Positions 44,973 through 55,889 of a stretch of DNA of 64,000 nucleotides are shown one piece after another; the stretch's first letter is position 1; every line of letters starts with the position of its first letter. The translations under genes and the position numbers were made by a program. Under the pieces are notes generated by a model, which made no database searches, was not told the DNA's origin, and saw nothing but the letters and a program-made list of their open reading frames with translations. The stretch comes from Eledone cirrhosa (Eukaryota). Location: assembly GCA_964016885.1 (NCBI GenBank), contig OZ024742.1:22382001-22446000 (forward strand), given 5' to 3'.

Positions 44973-45889
44973 CAGTATATATATATATTCATACATATTC
45001 ATACATGTATACACACATATATGCCTATATATATGTCTGTGTGTATATATACATACATATATATATATATATATATATTGGTTTTTAAATGAGATATGCA
45101 AAATGTATATCAATTCTCATTTGTTATTTAGGCAGAATAGAGTATGAAACAGTGGCACCATAGCAACATATCTAGGCAGAAGGTCACAGACGACTCTGTC
45201 AGATTTTATATAATAGGAAAATATAACATAATTGAACAGTAGATCTCATATGAATTATACCAGACCTAATTTATATGAATGATTAAACATTCACATGCAC
45301 ATACACACACACGCACGAACGCACGCACGCACACACTCACACACGCACACACACACACACACATGCACATACACATGCACATACACACGCACGCACACAC
45401 GTCCACATACACACGCATACACACATGCACATAAACACTCATTGACACATGCACACACACACGCACACATGCACATACACACGCACACACACATGCACAC
45501 ACATGCACGCATACACATGCACACACGCACACACATAAATGTTGTTGAAATAGTAGCCATACACACACACACTCACACACACACACGCGCATATATATAT
45601 ATATTAGAAAGTGTAGGGGCCCGACGGCTCGACAGCTAGTATCAGAGTGTACACACACACATATATATATATAGACACAGACTGCGTCCGATATTGGCTG
45701 TCAAAAGTGCAAGAGCTCAGCCGTCGGGCTCGACTCTTTCTAATAGAATCATATTCTTCTATCCCAAGTATTGAGTACTCTATTGAATAATGGCCTTACT
45801 AGTTTAATACTGTTTAAATCTTTATATATACATATATGTATATGTATACACTCATACATATATGTAGGCAATATATATTTGTACATATA

Positions 45890-46339
45890 TAAACTAGACC
45901 TGAAAAATGCGCAAGCTGAAAAGAGCCACAGAATGTTATAATAAACCTTCAAAAGTGTGGGACTAGAGTTGTTGCTCAAAAATATTGTAATCATTATCTA
46001 TCGTACACTCTGTGGCATCCTTTATAAAAAAGAGACTCATAACGAACTCAAGACGACACGATAATTATTTAAGCTAATGTTCAATATCTCATATTAGATG
46101 TTTAGTAATGATTAATACGAAATGCACTTATACCGAATTCTATATTATAAATTCATTTAAATAATTATCGTGTCGTCTTGAGTTCGTTATGAGTTTCTTT
46201 TTATAAAAGGTTGCCACAGAGTGTACGATAGATAATGATTATAATATTTTTGAGCAACAACTCTAGTCCCACACTTTTGAAGGTTTATTATAACATTCTG
46301 TGGCTCTTTTCAGCTTGCGCATTTTTCAGGTCTAGTTTA
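45890..46339. repeat. ~183-bp inverted repeat (45890-46072 / 46157-46339) at the end of an AT-rich element
   Basis: aaactagacctgaaaaatgcgc...ataattatttaa and its reverse complement, with few mismatches. Confidence 0.9.
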
Positions 46340-47099
46340 ATTTTTTTTAAGGCAACGCTTGTAATAACTCTAGTTAAACATGATATATATTAATAATAAA
46401 TTATCGTTTTAATGTAATTAGATTATATAATTGTTATTTTATAAATGATCTTATAAATATTATTGTAAGATATATAAAAATATTTTCAGATTTTTAATAT
46501 AAACAACTACAAAAACAATCAATATTAAATAAATATATTTTACATAATAATTGTTATAGTTGAATTAATAAAAAAATTAAATATTACATACAAATAGTCT
46601 AACATAATAATAAAAAAAATAATCTAACATAATAATAATAAAATAATCTAACATAAAACGAAAAATAATATGGACAAATATACAAGTAAATATGATACAA
46701 CAAATATTATAAGCATGTTATAACGAACTGAAAAAAAAATAGTTAATATAAATTTAAAAAATCATATATAAATTAACAATATAACTTACCAAAACGAGAA
46801 AAATATTTTGATGATAAACGACGAAATACAGGAGGAAGTTTCAAAGCGAAACGATAAATAAACGTGCAAGCAAAGTGGCGGATGTTTTTGAGCAACAATT
46901 ACTCTCATTGGTTGATTAGCCAATAAGACGATGAATGTAGCCAATAAGACGATACATTACAAAAAATGTTTGATAGGGATCACCACAGCCAGCGAAACAC
47001 CTTGAATGTTTTATTAACAAGCTACGCTTATATGTCAGACACGCAGACTTAAAGCATTCTGTTGTTAGTCACTGCGTGTCTAACAGATATTTGTATATA

Positions 47100-47262
47100 A
47101 AAGAACGATCGACTTTCGTCAATTCAGGCCTAGGAAACAATGTTTCCGTTGGTCTTTCCAGTTGCTAGTACTATCTATCGGTCGCAACTCCAGGTAGAAG
47201 GAGCAGCGTGAAATAAAGTGTCTTGTTCAAGGACATAATGCATCGCCCGGTCCAGGAATCGT
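47100..47262 (-). mobile_element. CORE-like SINE fragment, truncated at (TA)n
   Basis: gtgaaataaagtgtcttgttcaaggacataatgc...ccaggaatcg is antisense of a B-box + tccttgaacaagacacttt core. Confidence 0.55.
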
Positions 47263-47265
47263 ATA

Positions 47266-47302
<37 letters not shown>

Positions 47303-47307
<5 letters not shown>

Positions 47308-47418
47308 TTGGAATAGAATGAAACGAAATTTCAATTCTCACTCTTAGTACGGCACTTACTTAAATGTAAGTATGTATGTATACGTACATACATATATGTA
47401 TACAGACGTACAGTAGCA

Positions 47419-47494
<76 letters not shown>

Positions 47495-47697
47495 CAGGTA
47501 CACATATATATATGTACGTATCAGTTTAGCTTGAAACTAGTACATCGTTCCTGTGTCAGTATTGAACAAAAAGGCGACGTGGTTGCCTTAACACCGTACG
47601 GTATAAATCAGGGTGTCCGTTTGTTTACAAACGGACAAAGTGAGCGTTATAATGAACGTTCGCTAAACTGATACGTACATATATATATGTGTACCTG

Positions 47698-47769
<72 letters not shown>

Positions 47770-48268
47770 TGCTACTGTACGTCTGTATACATATATGTAT
47801 GTACGTATACATACATACTTACATTTAAGTAAGTGCCGTACTAAGAGTGAGAATTGAAATTTCATTTCATTCTATTCCAACTTATCGTTTTCGGTGCGCC
47901 TGGCCGACTGAACTCACTCGATATGCAAATTAGGCTGCGCAGCCGTTAATTTTCATAAGGAAAGTATATACTTTCCAACGTTCAACCATCTGGCAGAAGG
48001 GTATACGGTGCTGACGATAGCTAACAAGCTTGAAACTAGTACATCGTTCCTGTGTCAGTGTTGAACAAAAAGGTGACGTGGTTGCCTTAACACCGTACGG
48101 CATAAACCAGGCTGTCCGTTTGTTTACAAACGGACAAAGCGAGCGTTATAATAAACGTTCGCTAAACTGATACGTACATATATATATGTGTACCTGTATG
48201 TATATATATATATATATGCATGCTACTGTACGTCTGTATACATATATGTATGTACGTATGCATACATA

Positions 48269-48272
<4 letters not shown>
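47303..48272 (+). mobile_element. Non-coding PLE-derived / retrozyme-like element: inverted 5' piece + ~1.5 tandem copies of a 499-bp unit with a hammerhead
   Basis: 47303-47530 = reverse complement of 47662-47885; the sequence starting at 47528 recurs at 48027 (offset 499); flanked by (TA)n. Confidence 0.8.
48006..48046 (+). ncRNA. Minimal type I hammerhead motif
   Basis: cggtg-CTGACGA-t-agct aaca agct-t-GAAA-ctag-TA-catcg; stem I cggtg/catcg, palindromic ACTAGT stem III, GUA triplet. Confidence 0.78.
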
Positions 48273-48356
<84 letters not shown>

Positions 48357-49043
48357 GAAAATAAAACAAAGAAGCCTTCAATACATCAAAAGTCTTTATT
48401 AGCCAACAATATTTCGTCCTATTAAGGACTCATCAGGGCAATCAAAACCACAAGAAGTACTATCGGCCTATACAAGCGGAAAACTCCGAAGAATATGGAG
48501 TGTACATACACTAAAGTATTGCAAGATTATGGGTAAAAATATATAATAAAAATCACTAAGGAGGTGTATAACATTATGAACCATATTACAAATATAGTCC
48601 AAAGCAAAAAAAAACCTAGAGCTAAACAAAGGTGGTTATATAGAGCGGGAATTATATATAATACTATATAATATAATATAATATACTTGTAACAATATTA
48701 AAATTAAAATTAAAATTAAAATTAAAATTAAAATTAAAATTAAAATTAAAATTAAAATTAAAATTAAAATTAAAATTAAAAATTAAAATTAAAAGGCACA
48801 ATATACATATGTATATATGTACGCACACGTACGCACATATACATATACATCAATACACATATCCATCATTAACAGCACAAATTAAACCTTATTAAGAGTT
48901 TAAATATAAATAAGCATAATAGGAATAAAAATAATAATAATACGTATATCTAATATACATGAAGTAATGAAATGATTAAAAGTAACACATATAATATATA
49001 ATAAACTATATAATTATATAATATATAATATAATATAATAGAT

Positions 49044-49180
49044 CATTATTTCTACTTTTCACAAGGCCAGCAATTACTCAGTACATTACTGGTACTTTAT
49101 TTTATCGACCCCGTAAGGATGAAAGGCAAAGTTAACCTCGGCGGGATTTGAACTCAGAATGGCAAGGGCCTTAACTCTAT
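49044..49180 (-). mobile_element. 5'-truncated SINE inserted into the left arm of PLE-2
   Basis: Antisense of the 25237 family; tataatagat duplicated at 49034-49043 and 49178-49187; absent from the right arm (~51350-51370). Confidence 0.9.
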
Positions 49181-49619
49181 AATAGATAATCTCCGGTTAA
49201 TTTACACAAACAATATAGATGTCACAATAATACTATAATAATAATATAATAATATATATAATATATAATGGCATGTAAGTTAACAAATCAATTCATATAG
49301 AATTACAGAGTAGGTGAGAAAAAAATATAAATTGTACAATACCCAAAGTTATGATGGTACAAAAATATAAACATCTTACATGATATATAAAATTTAACAT
49401 ATCATAATGGTACATAAAATCAACGGTAAGTAAGTAATAAGGATCAATAGTACAATAACAACTTCAATATAAAATAATGAACATAATATAATATATAATT
49501 ACTTATAATTACAAGGTTGGTAAACAGACATATATGTGGATGAGTGAATAAGGGCCAGACAGAAAACTCCTCTCTACATACTACTAGTCTGAAAACTCCT
49601 CTCTACATACTACTAGTCT

Positions 49620-50201
49620 GAAAACTCCTCTCTACATACTACTATTCTGAACAGATCTGTAAATGCCTTACCACCAGAGCAGACCTTATCTAATAGTAAT
49701 CCTACGTGTAATGCATCACTACTTCAGCCAACCAACAGCACCCGGAAGTGTAACTGTAGAGTGAGTGCTAACTGTCCTTTAAACGGTAACTGCCTCTCTA
49801 AGAACATCGTCTATGCTTGCGTAGTTATAACTAATTCCTCTAATAGAACTTATATAGGCTCTACATCTAACACTTTTAAGACTAGGTTTAACTCTCATAT
49901 CTCTAATTTCAAACATGTTAAGTTTAAGAATTCTACTTCTTTAGCACACTATATCTGGGATCTTAAGGGGACTAATATACCATATAGCCTTAATTGGCGT
50001 TTAGTAGCACGCTCTAATAACCTTTCTACACATACTAAATTTTGTAATCTCTGTATCCTCGAGACACACTCTATAATTTTCTCTAGTAAATCCTTACTTA
50101 ATAGAAAGTCTGAGATATTCTCTTCTTGCCCCCACGCTATTTCTAATTCTTACTTTTATTATAAACCTAAAGGTTCTAGTAGTATAAATTGTATCCATTA
50201 G
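49620..50201 (+). pseudogene. C-terminal GIY-YIG endonuclease of PLE-2 (RT lost by truncation)
   Basis: Frame open from ~49620: ...RKCNCRVSANCPLNGNCLSKNIVY...TYIGST..FKTRFNSH...STSLAHYIWDLK...CNLCILE...LLNRKSEIFSSCPH. Confidence 0.88.
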
Positions 50202-51890
50202 CTGATATATTCCATTACTTATTTTTTTTAGTTTAGGTTCTTTTTGTTTACCACCATTATTATCATCATTATTATCATTGGTTTTTGACAACTTTTTATT
50301 CTAGCTCTCATAATCTTTTGGCTACTATACCATATCTATCTTCTTACACATTAAATTTTCACTATTAACACCTTATGAGTATATATCTGATTATATATTT
50401 TATATTATTTTATTTTATTTCATTTTATTTTATTTTATTTTATTTTATTTTATTTTATTTTATTTGTATTCTTCTTTGGATAACCCCCCCCCCATGCACA
50501 CATAAACTTATTGTCAACCCCTTTAAATATATTATGATTATATTTAATCCCCCCCTCTTTTATGCTCCTTTCTATTATATAATACAGTATATTGATTATG
50601 ATTTTATGCTCCTTTGTATCCTTCATACATTTCTTTTTTTCTGTCCCTATTAGCCTACCATAATTCTGCTTAAGTCAGTTTTTTAGATATCGTTATGTAA
50701 ATGATAGTAGAATATTTCATTCCTTTATATATATATTTTTAGTGAAATATTAATGTTTATAAATTTTGATTACTTAAACCATAGCTAATATTGTATTGCC
50801 TTATTAGGTATTTTAAATATTTTCAATATTAATTTATCAAATAAGGTTTTCGAGTCATGGGTTGTTTCCTAAGTTTTTACTTAACTGCATGTGAGACCTA
50901 AGTAAATACTTTTGTTTTTGTTTTTTAATTTCCGGTTGATTTTATTTATTTATTTATTAATACTACTGTGCATTCTATTTTCTGTCTGGTCCTTATTCAC
51001 TCATCCACATATATGTCTGTTTACCAACCTTGTAATTATAAGTAATTATATATTATATTATGTTCATTATTTTATATTGAAGTTGTTATTGTAATATTGA
51101 TCCTTATTACTTACTTACCGTTGATTTTATGTACCATTATGATATGTTAAATTTTATATATCATGTAAGATGTTTATATTTTTGTACCATCATAATTTTG
51201 GGTATTGTACAATTTATATTTTTTTCTCACCTACTCTGTAACTCTATATGAATTGATTTGTTAACTTACATGCCATTATATATTATATATATTATTATAT
51301 TATTATTATAGTATTATTGTGACATCTATATTGTTTGTGTAAATTAACCGGAGATTATCTATTATATTATATTATATATTATATAATTATATAGTTTATT
51401 ATATATTATATGTGTTACTTTTAATCATTTCATTACTTCATGTATATTAGATATACGTATTATTATTATTTTTATTCCTATTATGCTTATTTATATTTAA
51501 ACTTTTAATAAGGTTTAATTAAAGTTGTTAATGATGGATATGTGTATTGATGTATATGTATATGTGCGTACGTGTGCATACATATATACATATGTATATT
51601 GTGCCTTTTAATTTTAATTTTTAATTTTAATTTTAATATTGTTACAAGTATATTATATTATATTATATAGTATTATATATAATTCTCGCTCTATATAACC
51701 ACCTTTGTTTAGCTCTAGTTTTTTTTTGCTTTGGACTATATTTGTAATATGGTTCATAATGTTATACACCTCCTTAGTGATTTTTATTATATATTTTTAC
51801 CCATAATCTTGCAATACTTTAGTGTATGTACACTCCATATTCTTCGGAGTTTTCGGCTTGTATTGGCTGATAGTACTTCTTGTGGTTTTG

Positions 51891-51935
51891 ATTGCCCTGA
51901 TGAGTCCTTAATAGGACGAAACATTGTTGGCTAAT
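51891..51935 (+). ncRNA. Minimal type I hammerhead in PLE-2 pLTR (antisense copy at 48398-48442)
   Basis: attgcc-CTGATGA-gtcct taat aggac-GAAA-cattg-TT-ggctaat; canonical core and 5-bp stem II. Confidence 0.85.
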
Positions 51936-52106
51936 AAAGACTTTTGATGTATTGAAGGCTTCTTTGTTTTATTTTCATAATTCTTCGGCTCTGTTTAATT
52001 ACATTGAGCTATACCTTTTACTGTCATTTCTATAATACGAAGAGGGTGTTTAACTCCAACACGCTCCAGTATTTTAATCCTTATATATATATATATATAT
52101 ATATAA

Positions 52107-52201
<95 letters not shown>

Positions 52202-52206
52202 ATGTG

Positions 52207-52250
<44 letters not shown>

Positions 52251-52496
52251 ATGTGTATGTGTATCAATGTAATAACTTTCTATTCTGATTATATTTCACC
52301 TTGTCATATGTACTACAAAAAAGATTATTGCTGTTTTTATATTAATATCGTATATCCTATAATATCGTATATGTATGCTCTGGAATATGTTTTTCGCATC
52401 TAATTTTCTTTGAGCCTTTATAGGACAACGAAATCGAGACAGTTTTATTTCGAGTTATTTATGCTTGTAAAACAAACAAATGTACACACACGTCCA

Positions 52497-52559
<63 letters not shown>

Positions 52560-52715
52560 TTATATATATCAGGATAGAACCAGTTTTATACTAGTTAGAC
52601 CATTACTCAACAGACTACTCGATACTTGGCATAGTAGAGCATGGATATATTATAAAGACTCCGGACCTATGGGTAAGCTCTTGCCGTTTGAACAGCTAGT
52701 TCCAGGCTCTTTTTA

Positions 52716-52756
<41 letters not shown>

Positions 52757-52760
<4 letters not shown>

Positions 52761-53490
52761 ATGTGTGATTTATGTATGAGGTTGGTTTCTCATTTTAATT
52801 TATACTTAATGTTTTCCTATGCCTCTGTTAGCTTATATTCTCTTCACGCTGGTGGTTTGAAATTTCTGTAAAGGAAAACACACTCTCCTGTGTCTTTCCC
52901 CTCTATATATTGTATATTTAATGTGCCCAGAGAAACTCTTTCCTTTAAGCTCATTTAATTTCAGGATTATACGCGAGTCCTTTACACCGTTATCTTACTT
53001 GATATTTGCTCCTTGCATTCTCTCTGCTGTGGAGCACCATAAATTGAACGGTATAGGCTGCCATCTCTAGCACCTTGTTCTGTTCATACCACCAGTCACT
53101 GCCTCGTGCACGTATTTCCCTTCTATTTACACGTGCGACAGCTGGTTTACTATAGTTCTCTCTCTAGTAGTGCGGACAATATCGGTCTCTCCACATGCTG
53201 ATGACCCACTGGGCCGAATTGGAACCCACTAAATGGCGAAACAATCTCCTGGTGAGTGTGTACATGTGTGATTTAGGTATGAGGTTGGTTTCTCATTTTA
53301 ATTTATACTTTTAATTTTAATGTTTTTCCTACGCCTCTATTAGCTTATATTCTCTTCACGCTGGTGGCTTCAAATTCCTGTAAAGGAAAACACACTCTCC
53401 TGTGTCTTTCCCCTCTATATATTATATATTTGAGCTCATTTAATTACAGGATTATACGCGAGTCCTTTACTCCGTTATCTTACTTGATAT
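52757..53490 (+). mobile_element. ~1.5 tandem copies of a ~503-bp non-coding unit in (TA)n, with a candidate hammerhead
   Basis: 52757-53003 recurs at 53260-53490; CTGATGA (53198-53204)...GAAA (53238-53241) lies just before the repeat junction. Confidence 0.6.
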
Positions 53491-54316
53491 ATATATATAT
53501 GAAAATAGAGAAATTAATGTAAGCAAGACGCCAACAGTAATTCAGACATATAAGTGACTATTACGTCAAGGTGAAAAATATTTAACGTAAGATATGGGAA
53601 AATAATTTAATCCCAATTCAAAACAAGTCAAGACCAGAAATTTTATCCAGAGATTTTGTGTAATCCGGGGGAAAAACCAATAGAATCTTAGCTCAAAATA
53701 AAATTAAGAGTAAATACTTATCCATCAATTTTGAAAAATCTACAAATGCACTATATAGTCTTAAAAATACTATTTCACGAAACTTTTCAGTGGGGTTAGT
53801 CACGGTTGGAGTCGTTCGTCAGTAGTGCTCAACACGTTAACTAAGGCCACAGCTAAAATATGCCAGAGGGGAATTTAAAAGCAGACTAGTCAAACCTCGT
53901 GTGGAATTGAATTAATAAACACACATGGAGACAGGGCTAGTGACGTCAGAATGAGACGAATGTCCGTTTACAAGAAACAGTAGTCAAAACATTCCGAAAA
54001 AAAAACTCAACAAAAGATATGGTGTTCAGCATAAAGCAATATTATCGCGTTTTTTTTTTAAAAAAACGGGATTAGTCATAAATAATTTTAAGTACTCAAG
54101 GAAAAATTCAGAGTATAAATATAAATTATTCCGAGTATAAATATATATTCCTATATTCCAAATAAATATATATATATATTAGGATTGGTGCTCTGAAATA
54201 GCGATGTATACATGAATGTATGTATGGTATATTTGGCAATATATCGTATGTTTAATTAAAAGCATTTAGAGACCATATGGTATCAGTTTTAAAGTAGTGA
54301 CTATGTCACTTACTTC

Positions 54317-54407
54317 TTTTCGGTGAAAGAAGGGAGAGAAGCTGATAGTCAGTTTCACGCTAGTTGGCGTTCATCAGAGCCACGTAACTCCCTGCTTTCA
54401 CCGAAAA
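54317..54407 (-). ncRNA. Type I hammerhead motif with long extended stem I
   Basis: Minus strand: ttttcggtgaaagcagggag-ttacgt-ggct-CTGATGA-acgc caacta gcgt-GAAA-ctgacta-TC-agct-tct-ctcccttctttcaccgaaaa; ~19-bp distal helix, internal loop, 4-bp proximal helix. Confidence 0.8.
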
Positions 54408-54759
54408 TTATAGAAGCTGGATTCTTATAGAATTCCAGTAATAACCAGGAGATGATTATACAGAGCGATAAAAATAACAGGTCCATTCATATTGACATCT
54501 CTTTCAAAACTGTTGTAGTCTGTGAGTGCATTTCATATGCATGTGTATGTATATGCACGGGCAAATACAGTTGATTCACGTGCATACACACACACAGACA
54601 CAGACACACAGACAAAAGCAGAAACATTTTTTATTATGTCTTCGCTTTGGAAAGGAAATTTCCCGGGTTAGAAGCGTGGCCATGAGACATATAATTAGCC
54701 CCGACTGTTGGATATTTGTGTATTTGTGGGTGTGTATCTTGACAGATATTGTCTGTTGT

Positions 54760-55440
54760 GTGTGCTGTGAGGTGTTTGGAGTGTGGCGTGTGGTGTGTGA
54801 TGTGTGATGTGTGGTCAGTGGTGTGTGGTGTGAGGTGTTTGATCTATGACGTGGGGGCTCTGGTGCAATGTGTGTAGTGTGAGGTGTGAGGTGTGTGGTG
54901 TGTGATGTTTGGTCTGTTGTGTGTGATGTGAGGTGAGTCTGTGGTGTGTGGTTTGTGGTGTGTGGTCTTTGGTGCATAGTGTTTGGTCGATGGTGTGTAG
55001 TGTGTGGTGTGTAGTCTGTCATCTGTGGTGCGAGGTGCGTGGTGTGTGATGTGTGGTGTGTGTTGTATGGTGCATGGTGTGTGGTGCGAGGTGTGTGGTG
55101 TGTGGTGTGTGTTGTATGGTGAGTGGTGTGTGGTCTGAGGTGTGTGGTGCGAGGTGTGTGGTGTGTGATGTGGTGTGTGGTCTGAGATGTGTGGTGCGAG
55201 GTGTGTGCTGTGTGGTGTGTGTTGTATGGTGCGTGGTGTGTGGTCTGATGTGTGTGGTGCGAGGTGTGTGGTGTGTGATGTGGTGTGTGGTCTGAAATGT
55301 GTGGTGCGAGGTGTGTGGTGTGTGTTGTGGTGTGTTGTATGGTGCGTGGTGTGTGGTCTGATGTGTGTGGTGCGAGGTGTGTGGTGTGTGATGTGGTGTG
55401 TGGTCTGAGATGTGTGGCGTAAGGTGTGTGGTGTGGGGTC
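54760..55440. repeat. GT-rich minisatellite (gtgtgtggtgcgaggtgtgtgg variants)
   Basis: Visible tandem units; His/Thr and Val/Cys ORFs are artefacts. Confidence 0.9.
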
Positions 55441-55834
55441 ATTATTGACAATGTGTGTGTGTGTGTGTCTCTCTCTCTCTCTTTCTCTGTGGTCTTCCAC
55501 TTTAAACATACAAGTCAATTTAAGAAAAGTTAACTTGTCAAAAATCGTCAATATGTTTGGCACCAAGCAAATTAGAGAACTGAACGTCTCAGAACGACAT
55601 CATTTCATATGAGATGTATGTAATGAGGAATTTGAAATTGAATTGACAAACTTTTATGTAAAATATCCGTGAAGGGAATAATACTTTTGGCAGCTGGTTC
55701 ACTGGAGTAGTTCCACGAGACTTCAATAATACGATAGTTCCACTCTCAGATTTTGGCTCAAGGGAACTGGACTGATGTCAGAGAATGAAGTGATATGTCT
55801 CTCACTGATGAGCAACAATAATAAATAAATTTGA

Positions 55835-55865
<31 letters not shown>

Positions 55866-55889
55866 GGTAGTGGTGGCGGTGGTGAAGGT

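Larger units (their letters stand above)
48352..52080 (+). mobile_element. Second PLE family: 5'-truncated copy (GIY-YIG + long AT-rich 3' UTR/pLTR) with an inverted 5' arm
   Basis: 48352-49566 (minus the SINE) is the reverse complement of 50978-51981; GIY-YIG fragment between the arms; hammerhead near the 3' end; (TA)n flanks. Confidence 0.9.

Noticed and set aside
45895-45930. CTGAAAA-t-gc gcaa gc-t-GAAA in the inverted arms
   Set aside because: G8 missing and no stem I/III closure
53770-53830. Minus-strand CTGACGA...GAAA candidate
   Set aside because: Intervening sequence does not form a stem II
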